A stretch of 64,000 nt of DNA from Candidatus Latescibacterota bacterium (GCA_965226795.1 CBDDDZ010000005.1:800001-864000), one strand, 5' to 3'; shown: positions 29,575-39,313, numbered from the stretch's first letter. The notes: generated by a model from the letters alone, not told the origin. Program-made: numbers and translations.

Positions 29575-30252
29575 ATGTTTAGAACGATCAAGCCATTTGC
29601 ATTTCTGCTGATCGTGATGAGCGTGGGGGGTTGCGGCGCCTCGTTGATGGAATTGTCGCAGCGCGGCGACATCCAGGGCGTCCAGCGGGCCTTGCTCCGC
29701 GGAAGCGACGTGAACGCCACGACGCGTCACGGGCACACGCCATTGACGCTGGCGGCCAGGGAAGGGCACCTGGAGGTGGTTCAGGCATTGATCCAGGCCG
29801 GTGCGGATCTCGAAGCCAGGGCGTGGAGGTATATATTCGTTGCACAGGCAGAACAATATCCACGCGATCCCGAGTATGTCCGGGAACAGTTTGTCAATGT
29901 CGACAGTTCCGGTCCTCAGTCGCTGTTCATGGCTGAGCGAACAACCCGTGGTGACGCAATCCAGGTGCCGATAGACGGGAAGACAGCGATGATGTTCGCA
30001 GCTGAGATGGGCCACCTGGAAGTTGTTGAAGCGCTCATCCGGAGCGATGCGGACGTAAGTGCAAAGAGCGGCCGTTCCGGCGAACACATTTACAAGCCCA
30101 TCCGCAATCGTTACCAATCTTTTAACCGGCGGCTTAAACGTTCGAACGAAAGAAAAACCGCAATGGACTTTGCAATTGAGAACGGGCATAAGGATATCGT
30201 GAATCTTCTTATAAAGGCCGACCTGCGGTTGCTTGAAGTGAGCAACAGGTAA
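29575..30252 (+). CDS. Ankyrin-repeat lipoprotein (intron-less paralog)
   Basis: GGAGGAGG RBS, lipobox VGG-C, GHTPLTLAAREGH, GKTAMMFAAEMGH, KTAMDFAIENGH. Confidence 0.88.
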   Translation: MFRTIKPFAFLLIVMSVGGCGASLMELSQRGDIQGVQRALLRGSDVNATTRHGHTPLTLAAREGHLEVVQALIQAGADLEARAWRYIFVAQAEQYPRDPEYVREQFVNVDSSGPQSLFMAERTTRGDAIQVPIDGKTAMMFAAEMGHLEVVEALIRSDADVSAKSGRSGEHIYKPIRNRYQSFNRRLKRSNERKTAMDFAIENGHKDIVNLLIKADLRLLEVSNR

Positions 30253-30283
30253 GTGCTTTCAGTATTGGTGCCAGGTGTCGGGA

Positions 30284-30353
30284 CGGTCTCGTAATGGCGT
30301 TACCTTGCGAGACCGATTTTTTACGTATGGGCCAGTTGTGTCCATCATGTTCG
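30284..30353. repeat. Conserved hairpin element, copy 2 (downstream of ankyrin gene 2)
   Basis: CGGTCTCGTAA...TTGCGAGACCG plus GTATG..AGTTGTGTCCAT..GTTCG. Confidence 0.75.
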
Positions 30354-30372
30354 AGAATGGAATGGAACGATC

Positions 30373-31962
30373 ATGGATCTGGTCATTACTGGCGGTACGG
30401 TAATTGACGGCACGGGTGCCGCTCCAGTCTGCGCCGACGTGGCCGTGGCCGACGGCAGGATCGTCGACGTCGGCCGGTTCCGGCGGCCGGAGGGCGTACC
30501 GTGTGTGGATGCGGCCGGCTGCTACGTGGCGCCCGGGTTTATCGATATTCACAGTCATTCCGATTTCACCCTGGTCGTGGACCCGCGGGCGGTGAGTTCG
30601 GTCATGCAGGGCGTAACGCTCGAGGTGGTGGGGAACTGTGGGCATGGGTGCGCGCCGATTGGCGACCCTGCGCGTGCCAGGGCGAACATATACGGATGTA
30701 GAGCCGAGCATAAGATTGACTGGCGCACCATGGGCGAGTACCTGGATCGCCTGGAGGCGCAGCGTCCGGCCGTAAATGTCATGACGCTGGTGCCCAACGG
30801 AAATCTGAGACTGGCGGTCTGCGAGGCGGTGGATCGTCCGTCCACGCCGGACGAACACAGGACGATGAAGCGCCTGCTGGCGCAGGGGATGGAGGAGGGG
30901 GCGGCGGGATATTCCACGGGCCTTGAATACGGTCCGGAGCGGGATTGCCCCGAGAGACAGATTTCCGAGCTGTGCGCGATCGCTGCCGAATACGGCGGGA
31001 TCTACTCGACCCATACCCGCAACCGTGTGGGAGAGGCGGAGGAGACCGTCGCGGAGGCGATTCGCACGGCCGAAACGGCAGACGCGCCCCTGCAGATCTC
31101 GCATATTTCGTCCGTTGCCAGGCTCGCGGAAGACGGTCGGTGGGCGGTCGAACAGGCGCTCGAGCAGGTCGACCGGGCGCGCAGCAGCGGGCTGGACGTG
31201 CAGTTCGATATGCATACACGGCTCTTCGGGACCACCAACTTGAGCGCCGCTCTGCCGCCATGGGCGCTGGAGGGACGTTCAAAAGACATCGCGAGGCGGC
31301 TGCGGGATCCGTCCGTCCGCCGCGAGATTGAAAGCTATCAGAGTATCGTTGCTGCGCTGGCGCAGGGCGACTGGGGACGGATCGTCATCTTCCACTCCCC
31401 CGCGCAGCCCGAGCTTACGGGGAAGCGTATTGCCGAACTCACTGCCGCCGGAACCGGCAATGCGATTGACGCCGTCTGCGATATTTTGTATGCGGGAATC
31501 GACTATCTGCACGAAATTATGGTGATCGCGTTCAGTTATCGCGAGGAGGACGTTCGACCGGCATTTGAACACCCGTTCTGCATGGTCGGATCCGATGCGA
31601 CCGCGCTGGCCGCGGACGGCCCGTTGAAGGATAATACTTTCCACGGCGCCTATACGTGGGCATCATGGTTTTTTCGTCATTTCGTCCGCGAACGGAAGCT
31701 GCTCAGTCCGCAGGAGGCCGTGCGCAGGTTGACGTCGCTGCCGGCCGCGCGGTTGGGGCTGACCGACCGCGGCGCGATACGCACGGGTGCGCGGGCGGAC
31801 CTGGCCATCTTCGATCCGAGTATGTTTGCCGAGAGAGGAACCACGTTAGAGCCCAATCGGACAGCCGTGGGTATGCGGCACGTGCTGGTAAACGGCGGCT
31901 TCACATTAAGGGACGGCGCTCTCACGGGACAGCGGTACGGCCGCGTGCTTCGCCGAGCCTGA
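30373..31962 (+). CDS. N-acyl-D-amino-acid deacylase (D-aminoacylase) family
   Basis: PGFIDIHSHSD, QGVTLEVVGNCG, STGLEY, QISH, GSDA, GARADLAIFD. Confidence 0.88.
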   Translation: MDLVITGGTVIDGTGAAPVCADVAVADGRIVDVGRFRRPEGVPCVDAAGCYVAPGFIDIHSHSDFTLVVDPRAVSSVMQGVTLEVVGNCGHGCAPIGDPARARANIYGCRAEHKIDWRTMGEYLDRLEAQRPAVNVMTLVPNGNLRLAVCEAVDRPSTPDEHRTMKRLLAQGMEEGAAGYSTGLEYGPERDCPERQISELCAIAAEYGGIYSTHTRNRVGEAEETVAEAIRTAETADAPLQISHISSVARLAEDGRWAVEQALEQVDRARSSGLDVQFDMHTRLFGTTNLSAALPPWALEGRSKDIARRLRDPSVRREIESYQSIVAALAQGDWGRIVIFHSPAQPELTGKRIAELTAAGTGNAIDAVCDILYAGIDYLHEIMVIAFSYREEDVRPAFEHPFCMVGSDATALAADGPLKDNTFHGAYTWASWFFRHFVRERKLLSPQEAVRRLTSLPAARLGLTDRGAIRTGARADLAIFDPSMFAERGTTLEPNRTAVGMRHVLVNGGFTLRDGALTGQRYGRVLRRA

Positions 31963-32017
31963 CGGGCTTCAGACCCACATCGCGCTACTCCCGCATATTT
32001 CCCCGTGGAGGAGATTT

Positions 32018-33019
32018 ATGGAACGGAACCCGCTTTCCAGACGGATAGTCTGGAGGTTCAGCGGCGACAATCCGGTGGTCGCGCCGGGTCAGCTGCACGC
32101 AGATATGGATAGCCGGCGCGCCGGCGCCGCGCATGTTGTACAGGTCGGAGATCGATACCGGATGTATTACTGGGGAACCGGAACGGATGGGTACCATCAC
32201 AATCTGCTGGCCGAGAGCCATATTGATGCGCCGAACGACTGGCGGCCGCTGGGCTCCGTGCTGGACCGGCAGCCCGGCACGGCGTATAACGATCAGGGGC
32301 CGGGGTTCCCGTTCGTGGTTCCCAGGGAAGACGGCCCCTGGCTCCTGTATTTCTGCGGGTGGGGGAAACCCAGGGCGGACGGCAAACTGCCCAATACCAC
32401 GGGCGTGGCGTTCAGCGAAGACGGCGGATACCGTTTTGATTACCTGCAAAAAGAACCGATTTTGCTGATGGACCGGGACTGGGACCGAGAGGGAACCGGA
32501 AGCGTATTTGTCTTGCACGACGGCGATCGGTACCATATGTATTATACGGCTATCGGGGCCTATTTTACCCGGCCCGAGGGCGCCAGGACGGGCCACGGTG
32601 ATGTGATACCCCGCATAGGGGTCGGTTACGCGGTTTCGGCAGACGGGTTGACCTGGGCCAAGCCGCTGAATGGTCTGATGGTCAGTCCAAGGGGTTTCGA
32701 CACCGAACCCTACGAGTACATCTGTTCAAAGCCCTTCGTCTTGCGGGAACCTGATGGTTACAGGATGTGGGTGAACACGTTTGGTACGGCCTATCGGATA
32801 AGGAGTCTGGTCGGACCCGACGGACGGGACTGGCGCTGGTGCGAAAGCGGGTCCGACGGGGAGTTGGGCGTGGGCGCGCCGGGCGCGTTCGACGACAAGC
32901 AACGGTGTTACGTGAGTGTCGTTAAATGCGGCGACGAATACAGGTGCTGGTATACCGGAAACGGGTTCGGCGCCACGGGGATGGGATACGCGGTGGGAAG
33001 GGTCGAGAGTGAGGGATGA
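32018..33019 (+). CDS. Beta-propeller glycosidase-like hypothetical protein
   Basis: Repeated YRMYY/WLLYF/YHMYY/YRMW/YRCWY blades, SxDG boxes, YTGNGFG. Confidence 0.6.
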   Translation: MERNPLSRRIVWRFSGDNPVVAPGQLHADMDSRRAGAAHVVQVGDRYRMYYWGTGTDGYHHNLLAESHIDAPNDWRPLGSVLDRQPGTAYNDQGPGFPFVVPREDGPWLLYFCGWGKPRADGKLPNTTGVAFSEDGGYRFDYLQKEPILLMDRDWDREGTGSVFVLHDGDRYHMYYTAIGAYFTRPEGARTGHGDVIPRIGVGYAVSADGLTWAKPLNGLMVSPRGFDTEPYEYICSKPFVLREPDGYRMWVNTFGTAYRIRSLVGPDGRDWRWCESGSDGELGVGAPGAFDDKQRCYVSVVKCGDEYRCWYTGNGFGATGMGYAVGRVESEG

Positions 33020-33108
33020 TTCTGGATTATTCGACGTGGGCCCTGCACGCGGCGACACCATATCCGCTATAGCGTTATGATAAACGCAGGTGATCAGGAG
33101 AACGTCAC

Positions 33109-33831
33109 ATGGAACTGGACGAGTCGAAATTGCGGCAGTACGAGCACGATGGATATACAACGGTGGAAGGGCTGATATCGACCGCCGAAGCGGCTGCGGT
33201 GCGAAAACGGCTTTTGGAATTGGTGGAGGGGGAGCACGACTGGCCGGACCTGCATTTTCAGATTCTGGACCCGGCGAAGTTCCGCAGTGCAAAGGATGGG
33301 TTCGTGCCGATCGGCGTCCAGAGGCCCGCCAGACAGGAGGCCGTCTTCCGGGAGATAGCAGACCACGTCAATTTGCAGGGGGCGATGTCCCGGCTTCTGG
33401 GCGGTCCGGTGAAGCGTTTTACGGATCAGGCGTTAATCAAGAACCGGGCAATCGACGGCCAATCGTTCTATCACCAGGATTCCTACTACTGGAAGATTGA
33501 GCCTGGACGAGGGTGCAACGCCTGGATCGCGCTGGATGAGGTGGGGGTGGACGCCAGCGCCTTGGGCATCCTGCCAGGAACTCACAGGGATTGGACACTG
33601 GCGACACACGAGCGCTATTACGATGAGCCCAATTTCTACGGCGCGCGGACCGGCGAAGCGTTCACCCGGTGGCGCATTCCGACAGAGGGATTGGACCTAT
33701 CCAGGGAAGTCGTGTTGTCGATGCAGCCGGGGGACGCCGCGTTTTTCTCGAATTACACGTGGCATCGGTCAGAGGTAAACCGTTCGGGCGCGCACAAGAC
33801 GGCCTACGCGATCGCGTATCAGTTGCGATAG
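33109..33831 (+). CDS. Phytanoyl-CoA dioxygenase (PhyH) family
   Basis: YEHDGY, HQD, WIALD, LPGTH, PGDAAFF...WHRS. Confidence 0.88.
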   Translation: MELDESKLRQYEHDGYTTVEGLISTAEAAAVRKRLLELVEGEHDWPDLHFQILDPAKFRSAKDGFVPIGVQRPARQEAVFREIADHVNLQGAMSRLLGGPVKRFTDQALIKNRAIDGQSFYHQDSYYWKIEPGRGCNAWIALDEVGVDASALGILPGTHRDWTLATHERYYDEPNFYGARTGEAFTRWRIPTEGLDLSREVVLSMQPGDAAFFSNYTWHRSEVNRSGAHKTAYAIAYQLR

Positions 33832-33927
33832 TGGCCCGAAAACGGCGACCGTGGGAGCGGGGGAGATGGCGCATACGCGGCTGGAGATGCGTCCGTGTCC
33901 GTCATTGATAACATAGAGAGGGTCAGT

Positions 33928-35385
33928 ATGGTTCGAAGAAAAGTGCCGGCCCCGACCTCCAGGGTTCGGCTCGGTTTCGCCCGTGTGGATATAACGCCGC
34001 CGGTGGGGATTTATCACCGGATGTGGGGCGCGGCCAGGCACGACAGGGCAACGGGCGTTCACCGCCCGATTCTGGGTGACGTGCTGGTGTTCGGGCCGGT
34101 GGACGCGCCCGATGAAATACGGCTGGTTCGGGCGCACCTGGACCTGGTCGGTCTGGTGGCCCGGCAGCACGCGGCGCTCGTGGATTCGCTCAGCGTTGCC
34201 GCCGGGGTGGGGCAGGATCGGGTGGACGTGACGTACTCACACACCCATTCCTCCGGGTGGTACGCACCGGATCGTTTCGAAATGCCGGGGGGCGAACTGA
34301 TTGAGCCCTTTCTGAAGGACGTGGGGAAAGAGCTGGTGCGGGCTTGCGAAGAGGCGTTGGCGGGGATGCGGGAGGTGCTGATTACCTATGCGCGCGGGCA
34401 TTGCAACATGGCGGCGGACAGGGACTATCGGGATAAAGTCTTCGGAGGCTACGTATGCGGGTATAATCCGGAGGGTGAGGGTGACGATACGCTGCTGGTG
34501 GGACGGATATGCGACGGAGAGGGCAGGACTGCGGCGACGGTGGTGAATTACGGATGCCATCCGACCACGCTGGCCTGGAAAAATACCCTGATCAGCCCGG
34601 ATTACGTGGGTGCGATGCGGGAGGAAGTCGAGAGGGTAACCGGGGCGCCCTGCACGTTCGCCCTGGCGCCCTGCGGGGACCTTGGGCCCAGAGACGGGTT
34701 TGTGGGAGATCCGGAAGTCGCCGAGAAGAACGGACGCCAGCTCGGGTTTGCGGCGCTCTCCGTCGTCATGTCCATGGGGCCTCCTGGCACGGATTTCGAA
34801 TACCAGGGACCCGTAATCTCGGGCGCCACGCTTGGTACCTGGGTGCACGTGGGATTCGGAGACGGGCGCTTGCGCTCCGCTTCGGTCGTTGGCGGCGGTG
34901 TATATTCCGTGGATCTGCCGATGAAAAAACGGCCGGACAGGGAGGCGCTTCTGGAGGATCTGGCGCGGTGGTCGGAAGCCGAGCGGGCGGCCGACGAGGC
35001 GGGCGACGCCCTGAAAGCCCGATCGTGCGGCGCCCGGACGGAGCGGGCCAGGCGCTGGCTGGCGCGGATCGCGAACCTGCCGCCGGGCGAGGCATACCCG
35101 TATCGATTCTCGGTTTATCGAATGGGAGACGCGATCTGGGTGACCTGCGGCGGGGAACCGTACAGCTTTCTGCAGGTCGAGTTGCGCCGGCGATTTCCCC
35201 GGTTCGTGATTCTGGTTTCTCCACTTTCGGGCAATTTACAGGTAGCTTATCTGTTGCGGAAAGACGCGTACGGCAAGGGACTGTACCAGGAGGAGCCGTC
35301 GAGCCTGGCCCCGGGCTGCCTGGAGACCCTGACCGACGCGATTGCGGCGCGAATCGAAGAACTCGTGGTAGTAGGTCAGTCTTAA
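33928..35385 (+). CDS. Neutral ceramidase-like hypothetical hydrolase
   Basis: VDITPPVG, SHTHS, NYGCHPT, SPDYVG, GEPY. Confidence 0.6.
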   Translation: MVRRKVPAPTSRVRLGFARVDITPPVGIYHRMWGAARHDRATGVHRPILGDVLVFGPVDAPDEIRLVRAHLDLVGLVARQHAALVDSLSVAAGVGQDRVDVTYSHTHSSGWYAPDRFEMPGGELIEPFLKDVGKELVRACEEALAGMREVLITYARGHCNMAADRDYRDKVFGGYVCGYNPEGEGDDTLLVGRICDGEGRTAATVVNYGCHPTTLAWKNTLISPDYVGAMREEVERVTGAPCTFALAPCGDLGPRDGFVGDPEVAEKNGRQLGFAALSVVMSMGPPGTDFEYQGPVISGATLGTWVHVGFGDGRLRSASVVGGGVYSVDLPMKKRPDREALLEDLARWSEAERAADEAGDALKARSCGARTERARRWLARIANLPPGEAYPYRFSVYRMGDAIWVTCGGEPYSFLQVELRRRFPRFVILVSPLSGNLQVAYLLRKDAYGKGLYQEEPSSLAPGCLETLTDAIAARIEELVVVGQS

Positions 35386-35399
35386 GGGGGGAGATCGAC

Positions 35400-36284
35400 A
35401 TGGCGGAACTGGTATATGATGCCGGCACCGATACGTACCAATTCCAGACGGAAGCGATGACCGGTGAAATTCGTACGTCGGGAGACTATCACGGGGTGTG
35501 GACACTAACCGACAGGATCACTGGCAGGCAGGTGATCCATCCAAAATATTCGGCATTGAACCTCTTTCGGTTGTTCGCGGTTCACCAGGGTCTGGATCAA
35601 CCGCGCCTGATGGACCGGACGGTCGAAGCCCGCGACAACGCCGTTGAGGTGCACTGGGCGGCTACGGATACGCACCAGGGCGCTTTGACCGCCCGTTACG
35701 AGGTGTGCGAGCCGAATCACGTCGACCTGACGGTAACGGTGAGGTGCGAAGGGACCTATGCAGGATATGAGCTCTTCCTCTCCAACTATTTCGATAAGAC
35801 AATGCGGCCTCACATCTATCTCCACGGGAGCCGGTACGGCCGGGCAAGCGTGGACCCCGAACGGGTCGTTCCCATGGTGAACGATGTCTTTCGAGGAACC
35901 GTCATCGTATTTCCGCGGGACCCGCATGCCGCGCGGCGCTGCGTAGACGGGCGGTGGAATCGAAGCGAGCGCAACTCCCCCACCGTGCAGATGTGTCCGG
36001 TGCGGTACTATGGGCATCCGTTTTCCTTCCTGACGGACCCCGGGAATCGCCTGGGTATCGTGTTGATGTCCACGGCAGAGGACTGCTATGCCATCAGTAC
36101 GCGTTACCACGTGGCCGACGAAGCCGATCGCATGACGGATTACAGCGCGTTTGATTTTTCTCTCTTCGGCGACGATCTGGTGCCCGGCAGCCGACGCACG
36201 GTACGCATGCGGCTTGCTTTGACGGAGGTCGATGAGGAAATGTCCCAGCCCCTGGCTCATTATCGTGCGTTTGCTGGCGACTAA
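35400..36284 (+). CDS. Hypothetical protein (beta-rich)
   Basis: GGGGAG RBS before ATG 35400; operonic position. The upstream part of ORF 34509 is a shadow. Confidence 0.6.
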   Translation: MAELVYDAGTDTYQFQTEAMTGEIRTSGDYHGVWTLTDRITGRQVIHPKYSALNLFRLFAVHQGLDQPRLMDRTVEARDNAVEVHWAATDTHQGALTARYEVCEPNHVDLTVTVRCEGTYAGYELFLSNYFDKTMRPHIYLHGSRYGRASVDPERVVPMVNDVFRGTVIVFPRDPHAARRCVDGRWNRSERNSPTVQMCPVRYYGHPFSFLTDPGNRLGIVLMSTAEDCYAISTRYHVADEADRMTDYSAFDFSLFGDDLVPGSRRTVRMRLALTEVDEEMSQPLAHYRAFAGD

Positions 36285-36530
36285 CGGCGGATCCGTCGAT
36301 AGGCTCGAGTCGTACCTCCGCGGATTGCATCCCTTAAAACGGGCCAGGCGTACCGGGCAGGCGCGGGGCATCGCCGCCCGTTGAGTTTGTCCTTCGAAAT
36401 GGTCGAAATCATAGCCCGATTCAATTTTAGGGTTGAATCGGCGCCTTATTGTACCTATTTTTGTTACGTATCGATCCTGGCTCGGATAGGCGCCGTTTCT
36501 GCTCAACTTGGAGAGGTCGTACAAATACGG

Positions 36531-37727
36531 ATGAAGAGAATCCTCGAACATGTGTGGGCGCGGTACCTGCTGACGTTCGGCCTGCTCCTCTCTGTGGCTG
36601 ACTGCGGTAAGACACCGCCCACCGTGGACGATGATCTGTACGAAGAGTACCCGGGGTTGCCCTACGGGATCATGATCACCCTCGCCGGCACCGGAGATGC
36701 AGGCAGGAATGCCGCGGGATCGGGTCCTCTGGATACACATCTGTATTTTCCCCAGGATATGACTGTCGGTCCCGACGGGCGGACGTACATTCTGGATTGG
36801 AACAACAATCGCGTTCTAGAGATCGACAACGGAGTCGTCCGTCCTCTCGTCGGCAACGGCGAACCGGGCGATGCGCCTGCGGGTCCGGCGCTGCAGGCGG
36901 GCATCGACCACCCGACCCATATTTCGTTCGATCCTCAGGGACGGCTGATCCTTTCGGCCTGGCAGAATTCCAGGATCCTGAGGTATGATTTTACCACAGG
37001 CCGCGTCGAACCCATTGCCGGCCGGGGCGAACGCGGTTTCGGGGGCAACGGCGGCCCCGCTCGCCAGGCCTCGTTAAATCTCCCGAGTTCCACTGTCTTC
37101 GACGAATCCGGTCGGATGTATATCTCGGATCAGGGAAACCTTCGCATTCGTATGGTGGATCTGAACGGTGTGATCTCCACCGTTGCGGGAACCGGGAGGG
37201 AGGGATTTGCCGGGGACGGCGGTCCTGCGATCCTGGCGGACCTCTATGCGCCGACGGGAGACGCGGCGCAGCCGGCCGGCCGGATCGCCATGGATAGCCG
37301 GGGTAACCTTTATATCGCAGATACGTTCAACCATCGCATCCGAATGGTGGATACCACGGGCAGGATCAGCACGGTGGCCGGCGGCGGCAGTATCGGCCCG
37401 ACTGCCGGAACGTATTCCGGAGATGGCGTACCGGCGACCGAGGCCAACCTATCGCGCCCCAGCGACGTGGTCGTCGATGCGGAAGGAAACCTGTTTATCG
37501 CCGATACCGGTAACCATTGCATCCGCAAGGTGGATACCAGCGGTATTATTACCACCCTGGCCGGCCGGTGTGGCGAGCCGGGTTTCAAGGGCGACAGTGA
37601 CCATCCCCGGTGGGGGAAACTCAGGAGTCCATACGGGGTCGCGCTCGATCAGGACGAGAATCTGTACATCGCCGATACGTTCAACCATCGGATTCGCGTA
37701 GTGTACAAGGAAATCGTCGAAAGGTGA
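36531..37727 (+). CDS. NHL-repeat lipoprotein
   Basis: Signal peptide ending in Cys (SVADC); repeats of GNLYIADTFNHRIR and GFAGDGGPA. Confidence 0.88.
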   Translation: MKRILEHVWARYLLTFGLLLSVADCGKTPPTVDDDLYEEYPGLPYGIMITLAGTGDAGRNAAGSGPLDTHLYFPQDMTVGPDGRTYILDWNNNRVLEIDNGVVRPLVGNGEPGDAPAGPALQAGIDHPTHISFDPQGRLILSAWQNSRILRYDFTTGRVEPIAGRGERGFGGNGGPARQASLNLPSSTVFDESGRMYISDQGNLRIRMVDLNGVISTVAGTGREGFAGDGGPAILADLYAPTGDAAQPAGRIAMDSRGNLYIADTFNHRIRMVDTTGRISTVAGGGSIGPTAGTYSGDGVPATEANLSRPSDVVVDAEGNLFIADTGNHCIRKVDTSGIITTLAGRCGEPGFKGDSDHPRWGKLRSPYGVALDQDENLYIADTFNHRIRVVYKEIVER

Positions 37728-37792
37728 TCTTTCAATCGGTCAGCGGGCGACACCGCTTTCGGGTATGGATGTCGTTCCTTGAGGAAGTGATT

Positions 37793-38296
37793 ATGGGCAG
37801 GACGAATCTGGGTTGGATTACCGGTGCTGTGCTGGGGGCGGGCCTTATCTTCTGTCTCCCTGATGTCGGGGCCGCAAAGGAAGAGAATTCCAATCCGCTG
37901 CCTCGGGTGCAGCTTGTGACGTTAGAGGGAGATACGCTGAGTCTGACCGAAGTCTGCGAAGGCAAGACATCCTTCATTTATCTGTGGGCAACCTGGTGCA
38001 AAACCTGCAAGAAGGATATGAAGCATGTCTTCAAGTTGAGGGAAAAATTCGGAGAGAAGGTGCAGGTCTTCGGCATCGCGTGGAAGAACAGCGCCGAGGA
38101 GATTCAGACCTACTTCGCAGGCAGGAAGGAATCTCTGCACAGTTATATCGATACGGATGGAAGGGTGTTCGAGGCCTTCGAGACCCGGCTCACACCCACG
38201 GTGGTGATCGTAGACGGCCGGGGGGAGGTCCTTTTTTTCGGATACGCTTCCTTTGGAAAATTCAGAAAACTGCTGGACCAGGCATTGAAGGGTTAG
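37793..38296 (+). CDS. TlpA family disulfide reductase (exported)
   Basis: Signal peptide, YLWATWCKTC, TPTVVIVD. Confidence 0.88.
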   Translation: MGRTNLGWITGAVLGAGLIFCLPDVGAAKEENSNPLPRVQLVTLEGDTLSLTEVCEGKTSFIYLWATWCKTCKKDMKHVFKLREKFGEKVQVFGIAWKNSAEEIQTYFAGRKESLHSYIDTDGRVFEAFETRLTPTVVIVDGRGEVLFFGYASFGKFRKLLDQALKG

Positions 38297-38338
38297 TCGT
38301 CGATTGAACGCTAACCAAACCTTGGAGGAGCGTGGACG

Positions 38339-39313
38339 ATGAGATGGTTCTTGCTGGTTTTTGCGTTGGTCCTGTTCACCCCACTGTTTCCAGGAAACAG
38401 ATCTGTTCTGGCGCAACCCGGCGTAAGTTGACGTCGTCCCGTACTCCCGGGCGGGAGAATGCTCCAGGGCAGTCTGATTACCCAGGATCTTTTCGTTGTG
38501 AGCGTGAATTACGAGTATGAGTTTCTGGGCGATGCGATGTTCGGTACAGGGCCGATCCCCAACGTCAACCAGGAAGTCACCAGCATTTCAACGGTGTCGG
38601 TGTTCGCAAGTTACGGGGTCAAGGAATGGTTCGGCGCCGCCGTAGTTCTCCCGTTTCGTTCCATAACCAACGACAAATTTCTTCTACCAGGTCAGTACGA
38701 CAACCAGTATCAGGGCGGCGAGTATGTTCGGCATGCCGCCGGTCTCGGCGACGTTGTTCTGATGTTGAACTTTGCTCCCCCTCTGCCGAAAGCATTGCCC
38801 GGGCTGCTTTTTTCGGCAGGTGTCAAGCTCGCTAACGGGTCGACCCACGCGGTCGATGAGTACGGCCAGCGGTTCGCCGACTTGCTGCAGGTGGGTTCCG
38901 GCAGCGTGGACCCCATTTTCTCCGTAAGTCTGTCGCACGCCTTCAATAACCTGTTTTTCTCCGGTATGCTGTTCACACGCATTATTTCCCGCGAGAATGT
39001 ATACGGTTACAAATACGGGAACGAGTTTCAGGGCATCTTTTCGATGGAATATACGCATGGGGGCATGTTTTTTGCGGGTCTCAGCCTGAACCATGTTTAC
39101 ACGGCTCGCGATTATTTCCAATATGGAAAAATCGCCCGAAAACGCGGGGGCGCCTGGCTCTATGTCGCGCCGAAGCTGGGCGTACGGACAATGGAGAACC
39201 TGAGCCTGGAAGCGAGGTTGCCGCTTCCCGTTTTCCAGAATGTTAACGAAAGCCAGCTAACCTCCGATTATCAGCTCCATGTGGGCGCCACGTATCATTT
39301 TTTGGCTCGATAA
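38339..39313 (+). CDS. Putative selenocysteine-containing outer-membrane beta-barrel ('transporter'/MetA-pathway-like), 324 aa
   Basis: GGAGGAG RBS 8 nt before ATG; signal peptide MRWFLLVFALVLFTPLFPGNRSVLA-Q; in-frame TGA at 38429 (QPGVS-U-RRP); continues into ORF 38459 with GLGDVVL, QVGSGSVD and a C-terminal ATYHF strand. Confidence 0.72.
38440..38461 (+). promoter_or_regulatory. SECIS-like hairpin
   Basis: CGTa-CTCCC-GGGC-GGGAG-aATG; G-first loop starts 17 nt after the TGA. Confidence 0.55.

Noticed and set aside
26389..30252. Diversity-generating retroelement acting on the ankyrin paralogs
   Set aside because: No RT and no near-identical TR/VR pair with adenine-specific differences; the paralogs differ throughout.
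27889..30360. Integron cassette array (attC sites), suggested by the IIC intron and repeated hairpins
   Set aside because: No convincing RYYYAAC...GTTRRRY boxes around the repeats, no integrase in the window, and the genes have their own promoters.
34509..35399. Long alternative-frame and antisense ORFs (e.g. N-terminus of 34509-36284, 20746-22392, 14574-16049)
   Set aside because: Arg/Pro/Gly-rich shadows of well-supported genes, expected in high-GC DNA.
38332..38520. 62-aa ORF starting at GTG 38332
   Set aside because: Only 1 nt from the RBS; ATG 38339 in another frame has ideal spacing and a signal peptide.
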